The translations under genes and the position numbers were made by a program. 64,000 nucleotides of DNA from Kofleriaceae bacterium. Lineage in GTDB: Bacteria; Myxococcota_A; Polyangia; Haliangiales; Haliangiaceae. Every line of letters begins with the position of its first letter. Position 1 is the stretch's first letter. Below are positions 25,447-35,725 of the stretch, piece by piece. The stretch lies in the NCBI GenBank assembly GCA_046597055.1, contig JBKJLC010000244.1:9007-73006 (forward strand). Reading direction: 5' to 3'. Under the pieces are notes generated by a model, which saw only the letters and a program-made list of their open reading frames with translations, was not told the origin of the DNA and did not search any database.

Positions 25447-27102
25447 TCACGGACGGGTGACCCGCACGAGCGGCGGCGCCGTCGCGCTCGCCGGCAGGCG
25501 CACCCCGAGCAGCTCGGCGAGGGTCGGCGCGATCGACAGCGCCGACGGGGTCGGGTCGCGGGTCGGCGTGAACCCGCCCGGGATCCGGACGATCACGGGC
25601 ACGTCGGTGTTGTCAGTGCTCGGCGGATCGTGCGAGGTCCCGGCCGGATAGCTGGTGACGAGGCTGCCGTCGGTCGGCACCACCAGCAGCTCGCCCGACT
25701 CGCCGTCGACCCGCGACTGGCAGGCCGCGGTGGTGAGCGGATCCAGGCCAGCGCAGCCGGCGGGCAGGGTGTCGAGCCGGATCGTGCGCGCGACCTGCGG
25801 CACCTGCGCGACCGCCGCCGCGATCGCGTCGAGCGCCGGGCCGCGGCGGGCGTGGCCGATCAGCGCCGGGCTCGCATAGAGCATCCCCGACGACACCGCG
25901 ACGATCCAGTCGCCCGCCCCGAGCGTGCTGGCAGCGGCGGCCTCGGCCGCGGCCTCGAGCTCGAGCGGCGGGATCCGGCGCGCGCCCGGGTGGGTGCCGC
26001 GCTCGATCAGCGGGGTCGCGCCGTGGTCGCTGGTGAGGACGACCGCGTAGCGATCGGCGCCGACCCGCTGGTCGAGGTGCGCGAACAGCCGACCCAGCTC
26101 GCGATCGAGGCGGCGCTCGAGCTCGATCATCTCCCACGACTCCTGGCCCCAGTTGTGGCCGGCATAGTCGTGGCCGGAGAACGAGATCGCGAGCAGGTCG
26201 ATCGGGCCGTCGGCGCCGAGCTGCTCGCCGTCGATCGCCGCGATCGCCGCGTCGATCTCCAGCGTGTCGAGGATCGGCGTCAGGCGCAGCGCCTTGGCCG
26301 GATCGGTCGAGGTCGCCAGCGCGTGCGGGAAGGCGGTGCCGAGGCCGTACTCGTTGCCTTCACCGGACGCGTCGTCGGCGAGCTTGGTGCGGGCGGCGAC
26401 CGCGGCCGGATCGTCGAGGGTCCACACCCACGCGAGGTGCGGGGCGACCGGGTGGGCGCGGTCGAGCGCGAGCGCCCAGGCCGGGAGCGCCCCGGCGTAG
26501 GCCACGCTGGTCGTCATGCCGGTCACCGCCGGCTCGTACCAGAGCGCCAGGTCCGGCCGACGGCCGATGACGAAGCAGGCGGCGCGCGGCTTGCCCGCGA
26601 TCGCGATGGTGTGGGCGGCGCCGCCGGTGGCGGCCTCGAGCGCGTCGGCGACGCCGTCGACCCGCAGCGCGGCGGCCGAGGCGCCCTCGACGGTGTCGGC
26701 GGCGCGGTCGGGCAGGCCGAGCACGGTCGCGCGCGGGTCCCACTCGGCCGGGCGATCGCGGCCCTGGTCCCGGCGGTACCAGCTGTTGGCGAGGATCCCG
26801 GAGGCCGCCGGCGTGGCCCCGGTGCCGATGGTGGCGTGCCCGGGCGCGGTGAACAGGATCGCGTGCGGATAGCGGACCCGGGGGAACACCGTGCCCTCGC
26901 GGATGAGGCGACGCAGGCCGTGCTGGTAGAGATCCTGGCGGGCTGCGAAGCCCCAGCTCGGCAGCTGGTCGATCACGATCAGGACCACCAGCGATAGCGG
27001 CGGTGGCGATCGCGGGGCCGCAGGGCGCGGGCCGCAGCCGGCGGCGAGCATCGCCACGGCGAGCGCGAGCGGGGGCGTCGGGCGCGAGCTTCGGGGCAGC
27101 AC
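25447..27102 (-). CDS. alkaline phosphatase superfamily lipoprotein (PafA / NPP-like)
   Basis: Lipobox LAAGC, IVIDQL, TAPGHATIGTG (Thr nucleophile), DYAGHNWG, LTSDHG. Confidence 0.88.
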   Translation of the reverse strand: MLPRSSRPTPPLALAVAMLAAGCGPRPAAPRSPPPLSLVVLIVIDQLPSWGFAARQDLYQHGLRRLIREGTVFPRVRYPHAILFTAPGHATIGTGATPAASGILANSWYRRDQGRDRPAEWDPRATVLGLPDRAADTVEGASAAALRVDGVADALEAATGGAAHTIAIAGKPRAACFVIGRRPDLALWYEPAVTGMTTSVAYAGALPAWALALDRAHPVAPHLAWVWTLDDPAAVAARTKLADDASGEGNEYGLGTAFPHALATSTDPAKALRLTPILDTLEIDAAIAAIDGEQLGADGPIDLLAISFSGHDYAGHNWGQESWEMIELERRLDRELGRLFAHLDQRVGADRYAVVLTSDHGATPLIERGTHPGARRIPPLELEAAAEAAAASTLGAGDWIVAVSSGMLYASPALIGHARRGPALDAIAAAVAQVPQVARTIRLDTLPAGCAGLDPLTTAACQSRVDGESGELLVVPTDGSLVTSYPAGTSHDPPSTDNTDVPVIVRIPGGFTPTRDPTPSALSIAPTLAELLGVRLPASATAPPLVRVTRP

Positions 27103-27175
27103 ACGCCGACCATAGCGCGCCCGTCGGCAACGACCGTCTCGACAGGGTCACGGGCGCGGCGGTAGGGTGCCCGCG

Positions 27176-28495
27176 ATGCGCCCCCTGCGGTCCGGATGTC
27201 TGCTCGCCCTGCTCGCGGCCTCATGTGGTGGTGGCACCGCCAACACCCCGGACGCGGCCCCGGCCGGCCCGTATCCACCGCTGGCCGATCTCACCCGCGA
27301 CATCGTCGACACCACGCTGGCGGTCGACGTCGCGGCGCGCACGGCGACCGCGACGATCACGCTGGCGCCGTCGACCTCGGTCGGCGCGTCGTTCGAGATC
27401 GGCGACCTCGTGATCGGCGCGGTCCGGCTCGGGACCGCGCCGCTGCTGTGGACCGACACCGGCGACCAGCTCGACCTCGGCGTGCCGCCGTCGACCGGGC
27501 CGCTGGTGGTGACGATCGACTACGCCTGGCAGACCCACGGCGACTCCGATGGCGTGTCGCCGAACGGCTACACGCTGACCTGGCCGTACTGGTGCGGCAA
27601 CGTCTTCCCGTGCAAGTCCGATCCGTCCGACGGCACCACGTTCCACCTCCAGGTCACCGGCGCCGCCGCGACCTCCACGATCATCTTCCCGACGACGATC
27701 GCGACCGAAGCGCCGGCGTACATGGCCGCGTGGATCGTCGGCAGCTACACGCGGCTCGACCTGGGCCAGACCACCGCTGGCACCCGGGTCGCGATGTGGC
27801 ACCTGCCGGGCGGGGCCACCGCCGCTCGCGCTGGCGGCGCGCACCTGCGCGACGCGTTCGACTGGATGGAGCGCAACCTCGGCCCCTACCGGTTCGGCAC
27901 CGAGGTCGGGACGGTCGCTGCCAGCTGGGGCGCCGGCGCGTACGGCGGCATGGAGCACCATCCGTACTGGCACATCGGGACCGCGGCGATGGCCGACGAG
28001 GAGACCAACGTGCACGAGGCCGCACACGGCTGGTTCGGCAACGGCGTGCGGGTCCGCTGCTGGGAGGACTTCGTCCTGTCCGAGGGCACCGTGACCTACC
28101 TGGCCGCGCGGGTGCTCGAGGAGGTCGGCAGCGCGACGCTGGGCCAGTCGGTCTGGAGCTCGTACCAGGCCGAGCTCGACGCCATGCGGGCCGGCACCGG
28201 CAACGGCGTGGCCTGGCCGCAGAGCTGCGGCCAGGTCGACATCCTGAAGGACGGCTTGTTCTCGCGGGTTCCGTACGTGAAAGGGGCGTACTTCTACCGC
28301 GCGCTCGAGGAGCGAGTCGGCCGGGTGATGTTCGATCGCGCGGTGAGCACGTTCTACCAGCGCTGGGCCGGCAAGGCGGCCGGCATGCAGGACATGCTCG
28401 ATGTGATCGAGGAGGTCACCGGCTATGACCCGCAGGCGTGCGCGCGGGCCTGGCTGATCGAGCCGACGGTCCCGGCGCTCGGCCCCTGTGCCTGA
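27176..28495 (+). CDS. M1 family zinc aminopeptidase lipoprotein
   Basis: Lipobox AASC, GGMEH, HEAAHGWFGN...LSEG, YVKGA. ATG 27176 lies 7 nt after TAGGGT. Confidence 0.9.
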   Translation: MRPLRSGCLLALLAASCGGGTANTPDAAPAGPYPPLADLTRDIVDTTLAVDVAARTATATITLAPSTSVGASFEIGDLVIGAVRLGTAPLLWTDTGDQLDLGVPPSTGPLVVTIDYAWQTHGDSDGVSPNGYTLTWPYWCGNVFPCKSDPSDGTTFHLQVTGAAATSTIIFPTTIATEAPAYMAAWIVGSYTRLDLGQTTAGTRVAMWHLPGGATAARAGGAHLRDAFDWMERNLGPYRFGTEVGTVAASWGAGAYGGMEHHPYWHIGTAAMADEETNVHEAAHGWFGNGVRVRCWEDFVLSEGTVTYLAARVLEEVGSATLGQSVWSSYQAELDAMRAGTGNGVAWPQSCGQVDILKDGLFSRVPYVKGAYFYRALEERVGRVMFDRAVSTFYQRWAGKAAGMQDMLDVIEEVTGYDPQACARAWLIEPTVPALGPCA

Positions 28496-28513
28496 TCGAG
28501 CGCGGCCGGGCCG

Positions 28514-29026
28514 TCACCGACTGGCGGCGAGCGGCTGCCAGTGGCCGTCGGTCCACACCGGCTCGCGCTCGCCCTCGGTCCAGGCGCCGGGGACCCAGGT
28601 CTGGCCCGGGCGCTCGGGCTCCCAGCCATCGCGGATCCACACGTACGCGCTGCCGCGGTACGCGTAGTGGCCGGGCACGAACACGACGCCGGCGCGGGCC
28701 GGCTTCCACTCGCCCATGTGCCAGACGTACTGGCCGTCGCGACGGTCCCAGAAGCCGTTGAAGTAGAGTTGCCCGGGCCGCGCCGGCTCGTGATATCCGG
28801 GCTGCCACACCCACTGACCGTCGAGGCGTGCCCACCGGCCGTGCACCCAGACCTGGCCGGGCTGGTCCTCGAACTGGGGTTCGCGCGGTGCCGGCGGCGC
28901 CTCCGCGACGCTCAGCGCGCCGTAGCTCCCGCGCGGTCCGGTCGCGCCGCCGCCCAGGTGACAACCCGTGGTCCCGAGGACGCCGGCGAGCAGACCGGCC
29001 AACAACCCGTGCTTGATCGTGCGCAT
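28514..29026 (-). CDS. YXWGXW-repeat lipoprotein
   Basis: Lipobox TTGC, repeated VWVHGRW / VWQPGYH / YVWHMGEW / WVPGAW / WTDGHW. Confidence 0.85.
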   Translation of the reverse strand: MRTIKHGLLAGLLAGVLGTTGCHLGGGATGPRGSYGALSVAEAPPAPREPQFEDQPGQVWVHGRWARLDGQWVWQPGYHEPARPGQLYFNGFWDRRDGQYVWHMGEWKPARAGVVFVPGHYAYRGSAYVWIRDGWEPERPGQTWVPGAWTEGEREPVWTDGHWQPLAASR

Positions 29027-29197
29027 CTCGGGATCGTCGCGCGTGCGCCTCGGCGCGTGCAAGCGCCGATGTGGCGACGTGTGCCGCTCGCGACCACCTG
29101 TCGGACGGTGTCGGGTCGCGACCGGGCGTTCGGGCGGACCCGCCGAATCCCGACCGGTGGCTCATACATCCCGGCGCGGCCGTGCCAGCGTCCGGGC

Positions 29198-30442
29198 ATG
29201 GTGTCACTGCATGAGTGGGCCGAGTCGATGTGGACCGGCGCGACCCCGATCGATCACGCGTCCATCATCGGCGCCGGCATCGGCATCGCGATGGACGAGG
29301 TCGCGCCCGGGGTCGCGTTCTTGCCCAGCCTGGGCAACGTGATCGCGCTCGACGGCGGCGATGCGATCACGCTGGTCGACACCGGCAGTTTCCTCACCGC
29401 GCCGACGGTCCACCAGCAGGTACGCGGCTGGCGGACGGCGCCGCTGCTCGCCGCGGTCTACACCCACGGCCACGTCGATCACGCGACCGGCATGGGCCCG
29501 TTCGATGACGAGGCGCGGGCGAGCGGCGCGCCCCGACCGCGGGTCTATGCGCACGAGGCGGTCGCGGCCCGCTTCGATCGCTACAAGCTCACCGCCGGCT
29601 GGAACGCGGCGATCAACGCGCGCCAGTTCCGCGTGCCTGGCCTGCGCTGGCCCACCGAGTACCGCTACCCGGACATCACCTACCGCGAGCGCTGGCACGT
29701 GGAGGTCGGCTCGATGCGGCTCGAGCTACGCCACGGGCTGGGCGAGACCGACGACCACACCTGGGTGTGGCTACCGAAGCCGCGGGTGCTGTGCACCGGC
29801 GACCTCTTCATCTGGGCCGCGCCCAACTGCGGCAACCCCCAGAAGGTGCAGCGCTACGTGCGCGAGTGGGCCGACGCGCTCGACGCGATGCGCACCCTCG
29901 GTGCCGAGGTGCTCCTGCCCGGCCATGGCGCGCCGATCCTCGGCGCCGACCGGGTCGCGACCGCGCTGGAAGAGACCGCCCGGCTCCTCCGCACCATCCA
30001 CGACCAGACGGTCGCCGCCATGAACCAGGGCCTGCGCCTCGACGACGTGGTCGCGGCGGTCTCGATCCCGGCCGAGCTGCTGCAGCGGCCCTACCTGCGC
30101 CCGGTCTACGACGATCCAGCGTTCATCATTCGCAACGTGTGGCGACGCTACGGCGGCTGGTGGGACGGCAACCCCGCCCACCTGCTGCCACCCCGCGAGC
30201 GCGCGCTCGCCGCCGAGGTCACCGCGCTCGCCGGCGGCGCCACCGCGCTGGCCTCCCGCGCCCAGGCCGTCGCCGACGACGATCTGGCCCTGGCCTGCCA
30301 GCTCGCCGAGTGGGCGTGGGCCGCCGCCCCGACCGACGACGCCATCCGCGCCATCCGCGCCGCGCTCTACACCCGCCGCGCCGAGCGCGAGACCAGCCTC
30401 ATGGCCCGGAGCATCTTCGCCGGCGCCGCCGACGACCGGTAG
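29198..30442 (+). CDS. MBL-fold hydrolase, alkyl-sulfatase-like with dimerization domain
   Basis: THGHVDH, GETDDH, TGD, PNCGNP, LPGHG, RRYGGWWDGNPAHL. Confidence 0.88.
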   Translation: MVSLHEWAESMWTGATPIDHASIIGAGIGIAMDEVAPGVAFLPSLGNVIALDGGDAITLVDTGSFLTAPTVHQQVRGWRTAPLLAAVYTHGHVDHATGMGPFDDEARASGAPRPRVYAHEAVAARFDRYKLTAGWNAAINARQFRVPGLRWPTEYRYPDITYRERWHVEVGSMRLELRHGLGETDDHTWVWLPKPRVLCTGDLFIWAAPNCGNPQKVQRYVREWADALDAMRTLGAEVLLPGHGAPILGADRVATALEETARLLRTIHDQTVAAMNQGLRLDDVVAAVSIPAELLQRPYLRPVYDDPAFIIRNVWRRYGGWWDGNPAHLLPPRERALAAEVTALAGGATALASRAQAVADDDLALACQLAEWAWAAAPTDDAIRAIRAALYTRRAERETSLMARSIFAGAADDR

Positions 30443-30444
30443 CG

Positions 30445-30489
30445 CCCACTCCCACTCCCTCTCCCACTCCCACTCCCTCTCCCTCTCCC
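30445..30489. repeat. hexamer microsatellite (CCCWCT)x7+
   Basis: CCCACT/CCCTCT tandem run right after the stop codon; eight GGG tracts on the minus strand. Confidence 0.9.
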
Positions 30490-30714
30490 AAGTCCCGATA
30501 GCCACCCGCCCCCGCACCGCTAGAGTACGACCCAATGCCGCAGTGGCTCCTGACCGTCGTACTGGGTCTCGTCTCCGTCTCCATCCATCCCGGACCCGAT
30601 GACGATCGTGTCCCATGGCCCCGCGGGGGCGTCCTTGCTCCACGGTCGATCGCGCATCGGGCACTTCTACACGCGGCGACGCCGGGCTGTCACGTGCGCG
30701 CGGTAAGGTGAACC

Positions 30715-31614
30715 ATGTTCCGCGCCGCCGCGGTCGCGCTCGCGCTGACCGCCTGCTCTCCGGCTCGCACGATCGATGGTGCACGCAGCGCGGCCGTCTT
30801 CGATCGCATCGCGCTCGACACCGCCGGCGTGCACGGCCTGTCCGGGCTCGCGGTCGACGGCGACGGCGCCCTGTGGACGGTCGCCGAGCGCGGCGAGGTC
30901 GCGTTCCGGGTCGAGCTCGAGGGCCAGACGGTGCGCTCGATCACCCGGTTCCCGGTCGAGGGCGTGCCCGGCGGCGAGGACCTCGAGTCGGTGGCGTGGT
31001 CCGACGGGACGTTCTGGATCGGCACCGAGGGCCAGGACCACGGACGCGTCCATGCGTACCAGCTCGAGCTCGATCGCGCGCGCGGGGTCCTGCGGGTGAC
31101 GGCACCCTACGAGATCACGTCGGACGATGCCGGGCTCCGGATCGCCGCCAATCACGGCGCCGAGGGCGTGTGTGTCGCCGGCGATCTGCTCGGGATCGCG
31201 ATCGAGGAGACCGCGACCGACCGCCACGGCCGCTGGGCCCCGGTCGTCACGATCGATCGCCGCACCGGCGCGCGCGTGGTCCACCGCCTGCGCCTCACGA
31301 GCAAGACCGGCAAGCTGTCGGCGCTCGACTGCTGGCGCGACGGCGCTCGGGTGCGCGCGATCGCGATCGAACGCCACTTCGGAGTGACCCGCATCCTGGG
31401 CTTCGACCTCGGGCCGGTCGCGGGCGAGGTGACCCCGGAGGTCATGCTCGACCTCGGTCCTATTTTGCGCGGCGCGCTCAACCTCGAGGGCGTCGTGCGC
31501 CTGGCCGACGGCCGGGTGGTCGCGGTGGTCGACAACCAGTACGGTCGGATCACCGGGCCCGACGAGCTGCTAATGTTCAAGCCGGAGCGTCTGGCGCTGC
31601 CGCCGGCGCGCTGA
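30715..31614 (+). CDS. lipoprotein, phytase-like / SdiA-regulated-type beta-propeller
   Basis: Lipobox [28 protein letters not shown]...VVDN. Confidence 0.7.
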   Translation: MFRAAAVALALTACSPARTIDGARSAAVFDRIALDTAGVHGLSGLAVDGDGALWTVAERGEVAFRVELEGQTVRSITRFPVEGVPGGEDLESVAWSDGTFWIGTEGQDHGRVHAYQLELDRARGVLRVTAPYEITSDDAGLRIAANHGAEGVCVAGDLLGIAIEETATDRHGRWAPVVTIDRRTGARVVHRLRLTSKTGKLSALDCWRDGARVRAIAIERHFGVTRILGFDLGPVAGEVTPEVMLDLGPILRGALNLEGVVRLADGRVVAVVDNQYGRITGPDELLMFKPERLALPPAR

Positions 31615-32188
31615 CCCGCTGCCGGGCCTCGAGCATCATCTTGCAGAAGATCTCGCCCTGCTCGATCGCGTCCTCGACCGCGACGTGGCTGTGGCGCGAC
31701 GGCGTCATCCACCGCGCCGGCATCACCCGCTTGGTGGTGTCGCGGAAGGGCGTGCCGAGCAGCGTCATCGCCATGGTCTTCATGTCGAGCGCGGCGTGCG
31801 AGAACGGGCTGCTGCCGGTGAACCGCACCAGGTACCAGTAGACGAACGTGAAGTCGAAGCCGGCCGGATAAGCGACGAACACGGGGCGGCCGGGCAGGGT
31901 GATGAGCCACGCCGCGAAGTCGCGCATCACGTCGACCGGCGGCCGGGGATCCTGGCGACACGCCGCCCACGCTGCCGGCTGGCTGGTCCACCACGCCATG
32001 GTGTCGGGGGCGCCGCGGGCGTCGGGCAGGGTCTCGAGGTTGGCCGAGAAGGTCCCGACCGCCTCGACCCGCGGCCCGCTCCAGTCGATCACGAACGCCG
32101 CGGCCCCGAGCGACAGCATCGAGTGCGGGCCGGGGATCGGGCCATCGGCCTCGACATCGACCGAGACGTAACATTCACGACGCGCCAT
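31577..32188 (-). CDS. DEDD-family 3'-5' exonuclease (RNase AS/Rv2179c-like)
   Basis: [25 protein letters not shown] 32188 lies 6 nt after TACCGT. Confidence 0.8.
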   Translation of the reverse strand: MARRECYVSVDVEADGPIPGPHSMLSLGAAAFVIDWSGPRVEAVGTFSANLETLPDARGAPDTMAWWTSQPAAWAACRQDPRPPVDVMRDFAAWLITLPGRPVFVAYPAGFDFTFVYWYLVRFTGSSPFSHAALDMKTMAMTLLGTPFRDTTKRVMPARWMTPSRHSHVAVEDAIEQGEIFCKMMLEARQRVSAPAAAPDAPA

Positions 32189-32314
32189 CGCGCCACGGTA
32201 GCCGACGGCGGGCACGGCGTCCGTGATCGGGTCGCGTGGGTCGGCCGCGGCCGCCGAAAACGACGACGCGCGCCGCCGGTTGCCCGGGGCGCGCGCCTTC
32301 GACCCGCGCGTCGG

Positions 32315-33241
32315 CTACTTGCCGAAGCGATAGGTCGTGAAGTACTGGTCCATGCGCGTGTCCTGGCCCGCGCTGAAGCGGTCCATGCACGCGTCGTCGG
32401 TGTAGTCCATGAAGTTGGTGATCGGGTCGACGCCGGCGATGGACGGGCAGCTGTCGCGGCCGACCGGGCAGCCGAACGCCGAGCTCTTCTCGGCCGGGGT
32501 GTCGCTCACGCCGTCGCCGCGGGTCGCCTGCCGGGCGCAGCCGCCCTGGAAGGTGTGATAGAGGCCCATCCAGTGACCGACCTCGTGGGTGCCGGTGTCG
32601 CCGAGGTTGTAGGGCGCCGCGGTGCCGCCGGGCAGCGACGAGTACAGCACGACCACGCCGTCGTCATCCGGGTTCGACTGGTAGCTCGACGGGAAGGTCG
32701 CCCAGCCAAGCAGCCCGCCACCCGGGTTGGACGAGTAGAAGTTGAGATCGTCGGCCGTGCCTTGCCGGAGCGCGGTCTTCATCTGACGCTCGGCGGTCGA
32801 GCCGGGCCCGGCCGTGTACCAGGACGAGTTGGTGGTGCGATCGGTCGCGACCAGGTTGAATGACCACCCGGTTTCCGAATATGCGCTGTTGAGGACCGAG
32901 ATCTGACTGCCGATCATCTGGTCGGAGATGTTGCCAGCCGAGGCCGACGTTCCGTTGTTGATGACGTGGAAGTAGACGTTGATCACGCCGCCGGTGGCGT
33001 TGGCGATCGTGTCGTTCTTGTGGAGGGCGAGATAATGCTCGACGTCCTCCTGGATGGCGTCGGCCGTCACCTCGTCGAGGTCTTCGACCCCGCACCGCCG
33101 TTCGGCGACGTCGTTGGCGCCGGGCGCCTGCTCATCCGCACTCTCGGAGCCATCCTCGATCGCTTCGTCGGTACAAGCCGTGAAGCTGAGAGCGGCGCCA
33201 AGCGCCAGAAGTAGACACCCACGTGAAGTCGAGCGGCGCAT
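32315..33241 (-). CDS. M43 family zinc metalloprotease (ulilysin/pappalysin-like) lipoprotein
   Basis: Lipobox FTAC, RCG cysteine switch, HEVGHWMGLYHTF, NFMDY Met-turn; GGAGG SD. Confidence 0.93.
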   Translation of the reverse strand: MRRSTSRGCLLLALGAALSFTACTDEAIEDGSESADEQAPGANDVAERRCGVEDLDEVTADAIQEDVEHYLALHKNDTIANATGGVINVYFHVINNGTSASAGNISDQMIGSQISVLNSAYSETGWSFNLVATDRTTNSSWYTAGPGSTAERQMKTALRQGTADDLNFYSSNPGGGLLGWATFPSSYQSNPDDDGVVVLYSSLPGGTAAPYNLGDTGTHEVGHWMGLYHTFQGGCARQATRGDGVSDTPAEKSSAFGCPVGRDSCPSIAGVDPITNFMDYTDDACMDRFSAGQDTRMDQYFTTYRFGK

Positions 33242-33661
33242 GGAAAATCCTCCCAGACGAACGTTGTGTTCCCTCGTACATGGTCCTTAGCAGGAGGCGT
33301 TCCACCTCGTTTCGTCGCCGCCGGGACCGGCGCGCGGAGCTGCCCCGCGTTTGCCCAGAGGTACATACGCCGTCGTACTGGCGGTCACTGCGAGCCTCGC
33401 TGTGTCAACCTGTCCTACTCCAGGTGTCGGTATGGACGCATTTTGCCCCGTTGTTTCGCGTCGTTACGAAACCCACGCGCGCCCGCATGAACCGACGTTG
33501 TGCGATCTGTCGGTCAGTGAGGGCAGTGTCGGGCGCTCGGGGTGGGACGTCGCGTCAGCGAACCCGAGCGAACGTGCGAACGCGCGACACCTGGGACAGG
33601 GCGCCTCAGGCTGGGAGTCGCCAGCCCAGCCGGGGTGCGAGGGGATGCTACAAGAGCCACC

Positions 33662-35017
33662 ATGCGTCCTCCGGTCGTGATCGCCGCCGTCGCCCTGCTC
33701 GGCGCGGCTCCTGCTACGGCGCGGGCCGAGACGCGGCTCACGCTCGACCAGCTGGTGGTGCGCGCCCAGGGCAGCGAGCGGGCCCGGATGGCCGCCGCCG
33801 ACCGCGATGGCGCCCGGGCCCGGGTCGACGAGGCCGATGCGGCGCGCTTCCCGCGGGGGAGCCTCACCGGTTTCGTCGCGCCGTCGCCCGAGATCAACTG
33901 CGTCAACGACGACTGCACGCGCACCGATCCCACCGAGTTTGCGCTGCGCTTCGCCGGCGTGTTCACCGGCGCGCAGGTGTCGGTCACCCAGCCGCTCTAC
34001 ACCTTCGGCAAGATCGGCGCGGCCCGGCAGGCCGCGCGGTTCGGGCTCGCCGCGCAGGACGCGCTCGCCGACGCGACCGCCGCCGATCTCGCGGTCGACG
34101 CCGCGCGCGCGTACTGGGGGCTCAAGCTCGCGCGCGAGCTGCGCTGGATGCTCGAGGACGGCGAGGCGCAGATCGCCGGCGCCGCCACCCGGCTCGACGA
34201 GCGCCTGACTGACGGTGACGCCGACGTCTCGATCCAGGACCGCCAGCGGGTCGAGGTGCTGCTGGCCGAGGCCCGGGTCCAGCTGGCCGAGGCCCGCCAG
34301 GGCGAGGCCCAGGCGCTGGCCGCGGTGCGCGCGCTGGTCGGCGGCGCCGCGGTCGACATCGACGAGGAGCCGCTGGCCGCGGTGACCGTGAAGGTGCCCG
34401 CCGAGGCCGACGCGGTGGCGAAGGCGCAGGCCGGTCGACCCGAGGTCAAGGCGGCGCGGGCCGGCGCCAGCGCGTACCGCAAGCTCGCCGACTTCGAGAC
34501 CCGCCAGCACCTCCCGGACCTCGCGCTGATCGGCGCGGTCGGCTTCACCCACGCGGGCGGGGTCGACGAGCCGCCGAGCGCGTTCGCCTACGACCCCTAC
34601 AATGGTGTCACCGGCGCGGCTGCGATCGCGCTGCGCTGGCAGCTCGAGCCGTGGACGGTCGCGGCCCGGGTCGCGCGGGCGCGCGCGGTCGAGCGTCGCG
34701 CCGACGCGCTCGCCGAGCTCGCGGTGACCGGCGCCGCCTACGAGGCGCGCGCCGCGATCGCCGAGGCGACCGGCGCCGAGCAGCGGCTGACGGCGGCGAC
34801 CACCGGCGAGCAGGCCGCGCGCAGCTGGCTCGCCGCCGTGCTGCAGGGCGAGGCGATCGGCACGACCGAGGCCAAGGATCTCGCCGATGCGTACATCGCC
34901 TGGTTCCAGATGCGCGCCCGGGTGGTGACCGCGATCTATCAGTGGAACGTCGCCGCGATGCGGGTCCGCCGCGCCGCCGGTGAATTCTCGGCTGTGCTAC
35001 GGCGTCCGAGGAGCTAG
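33662..35017 (+). CDS. TolC family outer membrane efflux protein
   Basis: Signal peptide, VTQPLYTFGKI, AYWGL, RPEV, OEP repeat pattern. Confidence 0.85.
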   Translation: MRPPVVIAAVALLGAAPATARAETRLTLDQLVVRAQGSERARMAAADRDGARARVDEADAARFPRGSLTGFVAPSPEINCVNDDCTRTDPTEFALRFAGVFTGAQVSVTQPLYTFGKIGAARQAARFGLAAQDALADATAADLAVDAARAYWGLKLARELRWMLEDGEAQIAGAATRLDERLTDGDADVSIQDRQRVEVLLAEARVQLAEARQGEAQALAAVRALVGGAAVDIDEEPLAAVTVKVPAEADAVAKAQAGRPEVKAARAGASAYRKLADFETRQHLPDLALIGAVGFTHAGGVDEPPSAFAYDPYNGVTGAAAIALRWQLEPWTVAARVARARAVERRADALAELAVTGAAYEARAAIAEATGAEQRLTAATTGEQAARSWLAAVLQGEAIGTTEAKDLADAYIAWFQMRARVVTAIYQWNVAAMRVRRAAGEFSAVLRRPRS

Positions 35018-35023
35018 GTTCCC

Positions 35024-35680
35024 ATGCCCATGAATTCTTTCGGTCCGTCGTCGCCGCGCCGCCTGATCCAGGTGGCGTTCCTGTTCCTGGTCACGCTCCT
35101 CGCCGCGCCGGCGCTGGCCGCCGATGGCCCCGGCACCAAGGTGGTCCGCGGCGCCAACGAGACCATCGCCGCCCAGCTCAAGACCAAGGCCGCGCCCGGC
35201 AGCCCCGCCGAGAAAAAGGCGGCGGCCAAGGTGACCGAGAGCGTCCGAGGCTTCCTCGACATCGACGAGCTGGCCCGCCGCGCCCTGGTCGATCACTGGG
35301 CGAAGCTCACCGCGGCCCAGAAGAAGGAGTTCCTCGACCTGCTGCGCGCGCTGATCGAGGACAACTACATCAAGGGCCTCCGCGCCAACCTCGACTACAA
35401 GGTCGCGTACGTGAGCGAGGCCCCCGGCCCCAAGAAGGCCGGCGAGCCCGAGACCACGCTGGTGAAGACCACGATCACGGCCAAGAAGAAGGGCCGGCCA
35501 GTCACGATCGCGGTCGACTACCTGCTGGCGACCCAGGCCGGCAAGCTGCGTGCGTTCGACGTCCGCACCGACAACGTCAGCCTGATCGACAACTACCGCA
35601 CGCAGTTCAACAAGATCATCGCCAAGAATGGCTTCGACGGTCTCATCGCCAAGATGAAGAAGAAGCGCGCCGCGAAGTAG
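35024..35680 (+). CDS. MlaC/Ttg2D family periplasmic lipid-binding protein
   Basis: FLDIDELARRAL..HW..LT..QKKEF, VDYLL, FDV...VSLIDNYRTQF. Confidence 0.88.
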   Translation: MPMNSFGPSSPRRLIQVAFLFLVTLLAAPALAADGPGTKVVRGANETIAAQLKTKAAPGSPAEKKAAAKVTESVRGFLDIDELARRALVDHWAKLTAAQKKEFLDLLRALIEDNYIKGLRANLDYKVAYVSEAPGPKKAGEPETTLVKTTITAKKKGRPVTIAVDYLLATQAGKLRAFDVRTDNVSLIDNYRTQFNKIIAKNGFDGLIAKMKKKRAAK

Positions 35681-35725
35681 CGCCCGGGCGATTGCCGCGC
35701 CGGCGGGCGCGGCTACCATCGCTCG

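Noticed and set aside
33300..33360. GGGCAAAC plus hairpin on the minus strand upstream of the M43 protease as a c-di-GMP-I riboswitch (similar start near 17390)
   Set aside because: It lacks the GNRA tetraloop and the following GACGCAAAGC element.
32860..33520. Lower-GC patch (also lexA 5' end and 44930-45160) as horizontally acquired DNA
   Set aside because: The patches are short, coincide with promoters and gene 5' ends, and have no mobility genes or flanking direct repeats.
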